Assembly (NCBI GenBank): GCA_021162155.1
Contig: JAGGZF010000032.1
Span: 1-45,990 of the forward strand
From: a bacterium
GTDB lineage: Bacteria > Patescibacteriota > Minisyncoccia > UBA6257
DNA: 45,990 nucleotides
Reading direction: 5' to 3'
Part shown: piece after piece, positions 18,601 to 26,823 of the stretch
How positions within the stretch are numbered: position 1 is the first letter of the stretch
Layout: each line of letters starts with the position of its first letter
Translations under genes and position numbers: made by a program
Notes under the pieces: generated by a model
What the model saw: only the letters and a program-made list of their open reading frames with translations
Databases searched by the model: none
Told to the model about the DNA's origin: nothing

Positions 18601-18778
18601 TGGACCCCGAGAGATGAAAGAACTGAATAAGTTTATAGAAATAAAAGCAGTTAATCCTTTATTTTCTCCTTTGGCTAATATAGTTCCTGTCCAATTATTG
18701 GCTTATTATTTGGCAGTGAAAAGAGGTATTAATCCTGATAGACCTCGTAATTTAGCCAAGAGCGTTACTGTGAAATAA
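15632..18778 (+). CDS. glmS: Glutamine--fructose-6-phosphate aminotransferase, intein-containing precursor
   Basis: 1048 aa. It has the Ntn MCGI start, RGYDSAG, GIGH|...|SRWATHG..NAHPH, two SIS domains (SQSGETAD) and a C-terminal NLAKSVTV. Removing residues 77-528 leaves 596 aa, which is normal GlmS length. Confidence 0.93.
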   Translation: MCGIIAYKGKGDAVEIVMNGLKHLEYRGYDSAGLCVISSNKMLLIKKVGKVENLLQEIKRRQVQGETIEGKVGIGHCLHPNTLVQLSDGRIVYIKDVIDGEKIVNLNTENLVLEDGEVKVSQHKSPPYLYYVRTPLSDFISTSNHKNLVWEKDKIVEKLTKDLKKKDLLIFPKRIKTSETKPLRFKPIFYKRYYTLTSYGASFLKSQISAVGLNKVSSKVAVSPAYLGHIVANDRNFREDKLELLYNFFGKSFEEALYDAKYPHLKPVNTVHGKFIKLPEFSNSRLMQILGYFIGDGYAGKRSLRFKDIDVSNLEVYKGLIEKEFGVKGRIASQRDTKAMLLEFNSTYLCNWLKVNVIQNKHNFLSTIGQLPDSQLAAFIRGLFDAEGCVNLVSKQLSLRMIDEFLIRSLQLWLLRFGIISSIMIEPPNSKHNKLNRTFRLTTSNKESIELFKKHISFSGEKKREKLTGLLKLLGDKHFSFKIHPFSQQIILTRVKDVQRIPSDTKFVYDLEVKGNHNFLANAIFTHNSRWATHGAVTEINAHPHFSCDKNIYVVHNGIIENYESLKKELEKKGHHFVSQTDTEVIPHLIEEYRKRYSFLSACQKAFKRLKGLFACVVLERKSGEIIGARNGSPLVMGLDKKGFYLASDVPAFLDRTNKVIFINDGEMVYLKNDGTYQLYNFIENKKITRKINTIHWTKESAEKGKYPHFMLKEIMEVPEVIQKALYQKEKDLRSAANLIKKSSKIIFVGCGTAGHAGLVGKYWFSSLLKKDCDFITASELSYFEGTLRKNTLLIAISQSGETADVLEAVKRAKSRGVKVLSLVNVMGSTLTRISDKVLMVHAGPEKCVLATKSYIAQLTVLLLLVSLLMGQKQKIVRQLKQLSHFLAVFLKEKPSSLKRLAHLLQKSEHLYIIGRGLNYPTALETALKIKEGTYIHAEAFAGGELKHGVIALIEKNTPCLIHFAKDGEETNTLINAMELKSRGGYLIGFGPREMKELNKFIEIKAVNPLFSPLANIVPVQLLAYYLAVKRGINPDRPRNLAKSVTVK
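15860..17215 (+). mobile_element. Class 1 intein with LAGLIDADG homing-endonuclease domain, inserted in glmS
   Basis: 452 aa. Block A is CLHPNTLVQLSDG and block B is TSNH. The LAGLIDADG motifs are LGYFIGDGYAG and FIRGLFDAEGCV. Blocks F/G are VYDLEVKGNHNFLANAIFTHN, followed by a +1 Ser. The insert lies in frame between GIGH and SRWATHG. Confidence 0.88.
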
Positions 18779-19339
18779 TTATTGTTTATCTCTGCTTACA
18801 TATTCTCCTGTTTCGGTATTAACTATAATATTTTCTCCTTCCTTAATAAAAATAGGGACATTCAGTTTTAGGCCTGTTTCTAAGGTGACTACTTTAGTAG
18901 CACCACTCACAGTATTTCCTTTTATAGAGGGAGGGGCAGAAATAACTTTAAGCGAAACTTTAATAGGGATTTTTATTCCTATTAGTTCTTCCTGAAGAAA
19001 CATTAGATCTACTTCGGATTTTTCTTTAAGGAAAGGGAGTTGGGAGGAAACCTTTTCTTTAGGAATAGTTATTCTATTGTTATTCTCATCTAAAAATACA
19101 GCATTCTTTCTGTCACTGTAGAGAAAAGTAGCCTTTTGATATTCTATTTCAACTTCTTCAAATCTTTCTCCCGAGCGAAATGTTTTATCTATTACTTTAC
19201 CGGTTTTGATGTTTTTGAGTGTAGTGCGCATTACTGCCATTCCTTTACCCGGCTTGTAGAATTGATAATTTATTATCTGATAAGGTTCGTTATTTACCTT
19301 TATTATAATTCCCTTTTTAAATTCTGATGTAGAAATCAT
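18779..19339 (-). CDS. efp: Elongation factor P
   Basis: 186 aa with the KPGKGMAVMRT loop and typical EF-P length and architecture. Its stop abuts the glmS stop with 0 nt between them. Confidence 0.93.
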   Translation of the reverse strand: MISTSEFKKGIIIKVNNEPYQIINYQFYKPGKGMAVMRTTLKNIKTGKVIDKTFRSGERFEEVEIEYQKATFLYSDRKNAVFLDENNNRITIPKEKVSSQLPFLKEKSEVDLMFLQEELIGIKIPIKVSLKVISAPPSIKGNTVSGATKVVTLETGLKLNVPIFIKEGENIIVNTETGEYVSRDKQ

Positions 19340-19481
19340 TTTTATTTGAAATAGTTATTTTATTTTTTATTTATTTTTTTGTATTATAATATATTTTATT
19401 TTTTAAGACAAGATCTGGAATTTGAAAGAAGAAATATTTTTTGTTATACTAAAATAAATTTAATGAAAATATACTAAAACG

Positions 19482-19964
19482 ATGACAGGCGCTATCTTAA
19501 ACTTAATTCTTGCCGCTTTATTAGGAACTCTGATAGGATTAGAGAGAGAATGGGCCAGAAAAGAGCCGGGTATCAGGACTTTTACTTTTATTTCTCTGGG
19601 TGCAGCGCTCTTTATTTTGGGCTCTAAATTGATAACAGAGCAATATTTAGGGGTCTTAAATTCAGACCCCACCAGAACATTGGGACAAATAGTATTAGGA
19701 ATAGGATTTCTGGGTGCTGGAGTGATAGTATTTAAACCCAAAGAAGACAGGGTGAGAGGGCTAACTACTGCAGCTATGGTTTGGGTTACTGCTGGTATAG
19801 GAGCAGTAACCGGTTTGGGGTTTTATAGTTTAGCAGTTGTGGCTACCATTTTAGTTATTTTGGTAAATTTGTTGCTTATTCCTATAGAGGAGAAGATAGA
19901 CCGTATATTAGATAAAGCCAGAAAGAGAACTAAAATAGAAGGATTAAAAGAAGACGAAGAATAA
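19482..19964 (+). CDS. MgtC/SapB-family membrane protein
   Basis: 160 aa with IGLEREWARKEPGIRTFTFISLGAALF and four hydrophobic segments. Confidence 0.75.
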   Translation: MTGAILNLILAALLGTLIGLEREWARKEPGIRTFTFISLGAALFILGSKLITEQYLGVLNSDPTRTLGQIVLGIGFLGAGVIVFKPKEDRVRGLTTAAMVWVTAGIGAVTGLGFYSLAVVATILVILVNLLLIPIEEKIDRILDKARKRTKIEGLKEDEE

Positions 19965-19976
19965 GAATTTACAGAG

Positions 19977-20049
19977 GCCTCCGTAGCTCAATTGGTAGAG
20001 CAACAGCCTTTTAAGCTGGGGGTTGCGCGTTCGAGTCGCGCCGGAGGCA
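19977..20049 (+). tRNA. tRNA-Lys (anticodon UUU)
   Basis: Hand-folded cloverleaf. The acceptor stem is GCCTCCG/CGGAGGC, the D arm is GCTC-AATTGGTA-GAGC, and the anticodon arm is ACAGC-CTTTTAA-GCTGG (anticodon TTT). The T arm is GCGCG-TTCGAGT-CGCGC and the discriminator is A. No CCA is encoded. Confidence 0.9.
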
Positions 20050-20075
20050 CTACTTCACTATTTTTCTGATAGGAG

Positions 20076-20086
20076 TGTGGTATAAT
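20076..20086 (+). promoter_or_regulatory. Extended -10 promoter element TGTGGTATAAT
   Basis: Lies 35 nt upstream of the secD ATG. The same 11-mer recurs upstream of gltX at 44145-44155. Confidence 0.45.
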
Positions 20087-20121
20087 ATTAGAAATATTGG
20101 GTATTTTCTAAAAAATAAAAA

Positions 20122-21372
20122 ATGAAAAAGAATGTTATTCTCTTAGCTTTAGTTTTGGGGGGAGCTGTCTTAATGTTCCTTTTTATATATCCTCGTTTTT
20201 CTCAAAAGGATTTTAGTTATGGCTTGGATATTTATGGAGGGACAGTTTTAATTTATGAAGCAGATTTACATAATATATCTCCAGCGGAGTATTCTTCTGC
20301 TATGAATGGCCTTAAAGATGTAATTGAGAGACGGGTGAATTACAGCGGAATTAAAGAACCGCGAATTTCAGTAGAGAAAATAGGGGAGCACTGGCGTCTA
20401 AGAGTGGAGTTGGCAGGAATAAAAGATGTGGATAAGGCGATTAAAATGATCGGTCAGACCCCTTATTTAGAATTTCGAGAATTAAAGAATAATCCCGAGG
20501 GTACTGATAAAGACAAAGAAGAAAAATTGGAGTTCCAACCGACTATTTTAACAGGAAAATATTTAAAGAGAGCCGAATTAGGATTTGATCCCACTACCTC
20601 TTTGCCGGTGGTAAATCTTCAATTTAATTCAAAAGGTACTAAAATTTTTGCTGAACTTACTAAAAAAAATCTTAATAAACCATTGGCTATTTACTTAGAT
20701 GGACAGCCAATCTCTATTCCTGTAGTTAGAGAAGTTATTACTTCAGGGAGAGCGCAAATCTCCGGAAAATTTACTGTGGCAGAGGCAAGGACTTTAGTCC
20801 AAAGATTAAATCAAGGGGCTTTACCGGTTCCTATTCATTTAATCTCACAGCAAACCATAAGTCCTATTTTGGGCAGTCAATCTTTACTCAAAATTAAGAA
20901 AGCTGGTCTTTGGGGTTTTGTGGGTATCATTATCTTTATGATTATAGTGTATGGTTATGAGGGATTTCTGGCCTCTTTATCTTTAATAATCTATTTGTTA
21001 ATATCCTTAACTATTTTCAAAGCGCTTCCGGTGACTTTAACTCTTGCCGGGATTACTGGTTTTATTTTATCAATAGGAATGGCAGTAGATGCCAATATTT
21101 TGATATTTGAATATAGTAAAGAAAGATATCAGCAAGGTATCTCTAGAAAAGCAGCGCTTAGAGAAGGGTTTAAAAATGCCTGGCCGGCTATTAGGGATTC
21201 TAATATTTCTACTATTATTTCTGCCATTATTCTCTACTATTTTACTTCTTCTTTAGTACGTGGTTTCGCTTTGACTCTGGCTATAGGTACTGCTGTTAGT
21301 ATTATTACTGCTATTTACATTACCCGGCTGTTCATAGAAACCTTGTTGCCGGGAAGAAAAAGTAATCCTTAA
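20122..21372 (+). CDS. secD: Protein translocase subunit SecD
   Basis: 416 aa with an N-terminal TM, a periplasmic domain (LDIYGGT) and a C-terminal six-TM block with the MAVDANILIFE motif. secF follows. Confidence 0.9.
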   Translation: MKKNVILLALVLGGAVLMFLFIYPRFSQKDFSYGLDIYGGTVLIYEADLHNISPAEYSSAMNGLKDVIERRVNYSGIKEPRISVEKIGEHWRLRVELAGIKDVDKAIKMIGQTPYLEFRELKNNPEGTDKDKEEKLEFQPTILTGKYLKRAELGFDPTTSLPVVNLQFNSKGTKIFAELTKKNLNKPLAIYLDGQPISIPVVREVITSGRAQISGKFTVAEARTLVQRLNQGALPVPIHLISQQTISPILGSQSLLKIKKAGLWGFVGIIIFMIIVYGYEGFLASLSLIIYLLISLTIFKALPVTLTLAGITGFILSIGMAVDANILIFEYSKERYQQGISRKAALREGFKNAWPAIRDSNISTIISAIILYYFTSSLVRGFALTLAIGTAVSIITAIYITRLFIETLLPGRKSNP

Positions 21373-21386
21373 AGTAATGGAATAAA

Positions 21387-22274
21387 ATGATTGATTTTAT
21401 AAAAAACAGAAAAATATTTTATATAATTTCAGGGATTCTGATAATATCATCTATCTTTGTTATTTCTTTTTGGGGATTAAAATGGGGAGTAGATTTTAAG
21501 GGCGGTTCGTTATGGGAGATAAGTGTTCCTAATTCTTTAACTGTTAAGGATAAGATTGCTGATTACCTTCAAGGGTCATCTGTGGGCCAAACTACTGTTC
21601 AAGTGACAGGGGAGGGAAATTTGATTTTTAGATTCTCCTCTATAAGTGAAGAAAAACACCAGCAATTGCTTCAAGACCTGAAAAGACAATTTCCTGATTT
21701 AGAAGAAAAAAGATTTGAAAGTATAGGTCCTGTGATAGGCAAGGAGTTAACACGAAAGATGATATGGGCATTTCTGTTGGTAGTTTTAGGAATTCTTCTG
21801 TACTTAAGTTATTCTTTCTCTCAATCTTTTCATAACATCCCCTCCTATAAATATAGTCTTTTAGCTATATTATGTTTGGTCCATGATACATTGATAGTGG
21901 TAGCGGTTTTTGCTGTGTTAGGAAGATTTTTAAACTGGGAAGTGAATTCTGATTTTATCGTAGCAATTTTAACTGTCTTAGGATATTCTGTGCACGACAC
22001 AATAGTTGTCTATAATAAAGTAAGAGAAAACTTGCGTCTTTTCTCTAAGGAACCCTTAGATGTTATAATAAATAAGAGCATTAGGCAGACCCTAATAAGA
22101 TCAATTAATACCTCTCTGACCACTATTTTCCCTTTAGTAGCGTTATTTTTAATGGGTCCTCATAGCATAAAAGCGTTAGTATTAGCAATGGTGGTAGGGG
22201 TAATAGCTGGCACTTATTCTTCATTAGCTTTAGCCACTTCTTTGTTGTATGATTGGAACCGGAGAAGCAGATAA
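21387..22274 (+). CDS. secF: Protein translocase subunit SecF
   Basis: 295 aa with GVDFKGGS, GYSVHDTIVVYNKVREN and six TM segments. Confidence 0.9.
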   Translation: MIDFIKNRKIFYIISGILIISSIFVISFWGLKWGVDFKGGSLWEISVPNSLTVKDKIADYLQGSSVGQTTVQVTGEGNLIFRFSSISEEKHQQLLQDLKRQFPDLEEKRFESIGPVIGKELTRKMIWAFLLVVLGILLYLSYSFSQSFHNIPSYKYSLLAILCLVHDTLIVVAVFAVLGRFLNWEVNSDFIVAILTVLGYSVHDTIVVYNKVRENLRLFSKEPLDVIINKSIRQTLIRSINTSLTTIFPLVALFLMGPHSIKALVLAMVVGVIAGTYSSLALATSLLYDWNRRSR

Positions 22275-22277
22275 TAT

Positions 22278-22306
22278 TTGACTATTAGAAGAAAATTTGC
22301 TTTAAT
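22278..22306 (+). promoter_or_regulatory. Sigma-70-type promoter TTGACT-N17-TTTAAT
   Basis: TTGACT at 22278-22283 and TTTAAT at 22301-22306. It lies in the 64-nt gap after secF, about 32 nt upstream of the HTH-protein ATG. Confidence 0.4.
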
Positions 22307-22338
22307 ATTAATAATAGTCAAATCAGAGCAATATAAAT

Positions 22339-23430
22339 ATGAAAAAAACACCTAAAGAATTAGCATTAGAGGTTATCTCTATACTCAATAAAAGAAATCA
22401 AAATATAATAAAAAAACGTTTTGGGCTGATAGATGGAACTAATAGAACATTAGAGAGCATAGGTAGGGATTATGGGGTAACTAGAGAACGCATTCGTCAG
22501 ATTGTAGAGGCCTCATTGGAAAACCTTAAAAAATCTTCTCAAATTTCTCTGCTGCGGGATTTTTGGAGAACTGCGGCAAAAGTTTTGCAAAAAACTAATG
22601 GAGTAGAAACAGAAAAAGGTTTTTTGGAAAAATTAGTTTCTATATTAGGGGTTAGTCCCAGCCAGATAGCAGCGATAAAATTTTTATTGTGTCTTTCTCC
22701 TGAGATAAAATTGGAACCAGAAACGAAACAACATAAAAGTTTTTGGCGAAGGAAATCATTATCTCCTGCGCATATAGCGAATATTGTTTCTAAGATAGAA
22801 GAATATTTTCAGAAGCAGAAAAGAGTTTTCCGGCCGGAGGAAATGATGAAGTGGGCAAAACAAAATATTAGCCCCAAAATAACTTTAGCAGAATTAGAGG
22901 TTTATCTGCTTCTCTCTCCTAAAATTGGGCGAAATATTTTTGGGGAGTATGGATTATTGCAATGGCCAGAAATTACTCCTCGAGGAGCCAAAGACAGGGC
23001 CTATATGATGTTGAAACATTATCGTAAGCCACTACATTTTTCTAAAATAGCAGAACGTATTAATGAGTTGCAAGATACAAAAGCAGTGGTTCCTACTCAT
23101 CACTCTTGGCTTAAGAAAATTCAAGTTCAGACAGTTCATAATGAATTAATTAAAGATCCCCGTTTTGTTCTTATAGGTAGAGGAATATATGCTCTAAGAG
23201 ATTGGGGTTATCAGCCGGGCACTGTGGCAGATGTTATTAAGGATGTATTAAAGCATGCTGGCAGGCCTCTTACCGCCAAGGCCATAATACGGCAAGTAAA
23301 GAAAAAACGGCTTGCCAGAGATACTACTATTATACTCAATCTTAATAACAAGAAATTATTTAAGAAGCTTCCCGGCCATCGTTATACTTTAGCGCATTCG
23401 GCATCCAAACCTAAGGTTTTGGAGATTTAA
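22339..23430 (+). CDS. DNA-binding protein with a sigma-70 region-4-like HTH and two HARE-HTH-like modules
   Basis: 363 aa. The N-terminal [26 protein letters not shown] is very similar to RpoD region 4.2. Two later segments look HARE-HTH-like (RNAP delta N-terminal type): PLHFSKIAERI...DPRFVLIGRGIYALRDWGY and RPLTAKAIIRQV...KLPGHRYTLA. Confidence 0.6.
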   Translation: MKKTPKELALEVISILNKRNQNIIKKRFGLIDGTNRTLESIGRDYGVTRERIRQIVEASLENLKKSSQISLLRDFWRTAAKVLQKTNGVETEKGFLEKLVSILGVSPSQIAAIKFLLCLSPEIKLEPETKQHKSFWRRKSLSPAHIANIVSKIEEYFQKQKRVFRPEEMMKWAKQNISPKITLAELEVYLLLSPKIGRNIFGEYGLLQWPEITPRGAKDRAYMMLKHYRKPLHFSKIAERINELQDTKAVVPTHHSWLKKIQVQTVHNELIKDPRFVLIGRGIYALRDWGYQPGTVADVIKDVLKHAGRPLTAKAIIRQVKKKRLARDTTIILNLNNKKLFKKLPGHRYTLAHSASKPKVLEI

Positions 23431-24686
23431 TGAGGGATTTTTTTAATGTTTTTTCTGCAGTTTATTATCTCCAGCGGATATTATATCTTTTCTGGATTAT
23501 TTTAGAGACAATTATAAGAGAGTTGTGGTGGTTAATAGTTCTTTTTATTGCTGGGACTATTTTTTTAAATTTACAGCGAAAATATAAAAAAGAGGAAAAG
23601 AAAAAGAAAGAAGAAATAAAAGATTGGGTTACTTTGGAAATAGTAGTGAATCCCTATATTACAAGCGGCGCTAAAGCTATGGAACAGGTGTTTAGTGGAA
23701 TTTATTCTTTACCCAAAGGATATGTAAGTTTGGAATTAGTGGGCATTGAAAAAGAGATAAGGTTCTTTGTGAGGGTTCCTCGAGACTATAAAGGATTGGT
23801 GCTTTCTCAGTTTTATGCTCAGTATCCAGATTTGGAAATCAAAGAGGTCCAGGATTATTTTCTGAAATATCCTCCATCTCTGCCCGATAAAAACTGGGAT
23901 ATTTGGGGCACTGAAATGAAACTTATACAATCTGACGTCTATCCTATTAAAACCTATTCTTCTTTTGAAGAAACAAAAGAGGAAAAAAGTGTAGATACTT
24001 TATCTAGTTTAATAGAAGGGATTTCTCAATTAAGGAAAGAAGAATTGCTATTGATTCAAATTATTATACAACCCTTAACTGGTGATAAAGCAAAGGAATG
24101 GTTGGAGAAAGGGGAAAAAGAAATAAATAAACTCTCCGGGAAAAAAGAACCCCCAAAGATTACTTGGACGGACTGGGTGATAGCTTTTTTCAAAAATTTA
24201 TTAATAGGTGTAGCAGTTCCTCCTGTATGGCCCGGAGAGAGCAAAACAGAAGCATCTGCTCCATCAGTGCCCTTGACCAAACGAGAGGTAGTTCAGAAAA
24301 TAAGCAAGAAAATAGAACAATTACCCTTTTTAACCGGAATCCGTCTCTTTTATCTTGCCCCTAAAGATTGTTTTAATGAGATAGCTATAGGGACCTGTTA
24401 TGCTTTCTTAAATCAATTTACTATTAGCCACTTAAATGGGTTCAAGGTTAATAAGGATAGTTCTACCAAAGAAGAAGGAAAGATATTTGTTAAACGAAGG
24501 TTGTTTATAAAGAAACTTAACTTTTATAAGTCCGTTATTAACAGAAAAAAAACTAAAGAGTTATTTGTATTAGTTCCTGAAGAATTAGCGTCTGTTTACC
24601 ATTTTCCTTCTTCTAAAGTCAAATCTCCCTCTCTAACAAAGACACTTTTCAGAAAAAGTGAGCCGCCTCCTAATCTTCCTACTTAA
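23430..24686 (+). CDS. Membrane protein of unknown function (two N-terminal TM helices plus a ~330-aa domain)
   Basis: 418 aa. Hydrophobic segments ILYLFWIILETII and LWWLIVLFIAGTIFL are followed by a KKEEKKKKEE linker. I see no recognisable catalytic motif. The start overlaps the upstream stop (TAATG). Confidence 0.5.
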   Translation: MRDFFNVFSAVYYLQRILYLFWIILETIIRELWWLIVLFIAGTIFLNLQRKYKKEEKKKKEEIKDWVTLEIVVNPYITSGAKAMEQVFSGIYSLPKGYVSLELVGIEKEIRFFVRVPRDYKGLVLSQFYAQYPDLEIKEVQDYFLKYPPSLPDKNWDIWGTEMKLIQSDVYPIKTYSSFEETKEEKSVDTLSSLIEGISQLRKEELLLIQIIIQPLTGDKAKEWLEKGEKEINKLSGKKEPPKITWTDWVIAFFKNLLIGVAVPPVWPGESKTEASAPSVPLTKREVVQKISKKIEQLPFLTGIRLFYLAPKDCFNEIAIGTCYAFLNQFTISHLNGFKVNKDSSTKEEGKIFVKRRLFIKKLNFYKSVINRKKTKELFVLVPEELASVYHFPSSKVKSPSLTKTLFRKSEPPPNLPT

Positions 24687-24711
24687 GCTTATTTAAATTT
24701 AAACTTTAATT

Positions 24712-26346
24712 ATGTCTGAAATAACCTATATAGGAGTAACTAATTTTCGGGATAATTTTCAGCGATTCGGGATAAAAACTGATGACCGAAGAAGACATCT
24801 TTATATTATAGGAAAAACTGGAGTAGGTAAGACCACTATGTTGGAAAATATGATTATTCAAGATATATCCAACAGGCATGGTTTAGGCGTAATAGATCCT
24901 CACGGAGAACTAATTCAGAGAATACTACATTTCATTCCTAAAGACAGAATAAAGGATGTAATATACTTTAACCCCAGCGATATAGAGTGGCCTATTGCTT
25001 TTAATGTTATAGAAGAAGTGCCCCGAGAATGGAGACATCTAGTTGCTGCTGGTTTAATGGGGGTTTTTAAGAAAATTTGGCCGGATGTATGGTCTGCCCG
25101 AATGGAATATATTCTGAATAATGCTCTACTGGCTCTCTTAGAGTATCCGGGATCTACTTTACTGGGAATAAATCGCTTGCTTTCCGATGCTGATTATCGG
25201 AAAGCAGTTATAGAGAAGATTACTGATCCTACTATAAAAGCATTTTGGCAGAGGGAATTTGCTAAATATCATGAGCGTTATGCCACTGAAGCTGTTGCTC
25301 CTATTCAGAATAAGATAGGGCAGTTTATATCTAATCCTCTAATCAGAAATATAGTGGGACAAAAGGAGACCAAAATAGATTTTAGGGAAATTATGGATGA
25401 GGGAAAAATATTTTTGGGAAATTTATCTAAAGGGTCAATAGGAGAAGAAAATTCTGCTCTTTTGGGAGGATTATTAATAACAAAACTTCAATTAGCGGCT
25501 ATGTCTAGGGTGGATATAAGAGAAGAAGAGAGAAGGGATTTTTATCTCTATGTAGATGAGTTTCAAAATTTCTCTACTGAATCCTTTGCCAACATTTTTG
25601 CCGAAGCCAGAAAATATCGTCTAAATCTTACTTTAGCTCATCAGTATATAGCCCAATTAAATGAGAAAGTAAGAGATGCTATTTTCGGAAATGTGGGGAG
25701 CTTGGTTTCTTTTCGGGTTGGACCGGAAGATGCCGAGTTTTTAGAGAAGTATTTTGTTCCAGAATTCTCTAAAGAGGACTTAATGAATCTGCCTAATTTT
25801 CATTTTTATATAAAGTTGATGATAGATGGTAATCTTTCAAAAGGATTTTCAGGAATGAATATTCCTCCCAGCGCTCTTCCTTCTGTCTCTTATATTCAGG
25901 ATATTATTCAGTATTCCCGCCAGCATTATGCTACTCCAGTGAGGGAAGTAGAACAAGAAATAGCACATTGGCATTATTTAGATTTCTCTTTCTCTGCTCC
26001 CAGAAAAAAGGAAAAAAAGAAAGGTTTTTCAGAAGGATGGGAGGCCGTCTGTAGTCGTTGCGGGAAAAAAATTATTGTTCCTTTCAGGCCTGACCCTCGG
26101 AGGCCTGTTTATTGTGAAGAGTGCCTTAAGATAGTAAGAGCAGAACAGGCTGGGAAAAAAGCTAATCCCAGAAAATCTTCTCTTTCGTCTCTAAAAGAGG
26201 TATCTCCGGGTGGGATTATAGAAAGGGTTAGTCAACGTGGAGTTTCTTCTTCAGAAAGGAATAGTCCCAAAGTGATACCCCGGGAGGATACTCTAAGGAA
26301 AACGCTAAAGACAATTATTAGGTCTCAGCAAAAGAAAGGCAATTGA
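24712..26346 (+). CDS. VirD4/TraD-like (FtsK-HerA superfamily) P-loop NTPase with C-terminal CxxC-x17-CxxC zinc ribbon
   Basis: 544 aa. Walker A is GKTGVGKTT (24811-24834) and Walker B is FYLYVDEFQNF. RKYRLNLTLAHQ is also present. There is no TM segment. The C-terminal zinc ribbon is CSRCGKKIIVPFRPDPRRPVYCEEC (26050-26124), followed by a basic, Ser-rich tail. Confidence 0.6.
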   Translation: MSEITYIGVTNFRDNFQRFGIKTDDRRRHLYIIGKTGVGKTTMLENMIIQDISNRHGLGVIDPHGELIQRILHFIPKDRIKDVIYFNPSDIEWPIAFNVIEEVPREWRHLVAAGLMGVFKKIWPDVWSARMEYILNNALLALLEYPGSTLLGINRLLSDADYRKAVIEKITDPTIKAFWQREFAKYHERYATEAVAPIQNKIGQFISNPLIRNIVGQKETKIDFREIMDEGKIFLGNLSKGSIGEENSALLGGLLITKLQLAAMSRVDIREEERRDFYLYVDEFQNFSTESFANIFAEARKYRLNLTLAHQYIAQLNEKVRDAIFGNVGSLVSFRVGPEDAEFLEKYFVPEFSKEDLMNLPNFHFYIKLMIDGNLSKGFSGMNIPPSALPSVSYIQDIIQYSRQHYATPVREVEQEIAHWHYLDFSFSAPRKKEKKKGFSEGWEAVCSRCGKKIIVPFRPDPRRPVYCEECLKIVRAEQAGKKANPRKSSLSSLKEVSPGGIIERVSQRGVSSSERNSPKVIPREDTLRKTLKTIIRSQQKKGN

Positions 26347-26442
26347 TGCTGTTTAGATACGATTTCGTCAGGAAAAAGTGATTTTCTGATATTGTAGAAA
26401 ATAATTTTCTCTATTATACTAACATATTAGAAAACTAAATTA

Positions 26443-26820
26443 ATGAAATCATTTTTTAGAAAGAGACAAGAAAGTTTTTCTTTTGCTATTCAGGGATTAA
26501 AGATAGCACTTCGACAACCTAATTTTAAGATAATGATTTGTATCGCTGTTATAGTAATGGGATTGGCTGGTTTTTGGGGAATTTCTCGAGAAGAGTGGTT
26601 AATATTACTCCTAATTATAGGCATAGTACTCAGTTTAGAGGTGCTTAATACGACAGTAGAGACATTGTTAGATTTGGTTCAACCACAATTTTCTCCCAAA
26701 GTAAAAGTTGTAAAGGATTTAGTAGCAGGAGCGGTGCTGATAAGTATTTTGGTATCTGTGACTACTGGGATAATTATCTTTTTGCCTAAATTTTTAAATA
26801 TTTTAAAAACAAAAAATTAA
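26443..26820 (+). CDS. dgkA: Diacylglycerol/undecaprenol kinase (prokaryotic DAGK family)
   Basis: 125 aa with three TM segments and the EVLNTTVETLLDLV motif. Confidence 0.8.
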   Translation: MKSFFRKRQESFSFAIQGLKIALRQPNFKIMICIAVIVMGLAGFWGISREEWLILLLIIGIVLSLEVLNTTVETLLDLVQPQFSPKVKVVKDLVAGAVLISILVSVTTGIIIFLPKFLNILKTKN

Positions 26821-26823
26821 TAA

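Noticed and set aside
19977-20049. Considered tRNA-Lys as an integration site for a mobile element carrying the VirD4-like ATPase.
   Set aside because: secD and secF lie between the tRNA and the module. I found no integrase or recombinase gene and no direct repeat of the tRNA 3' end in the window.
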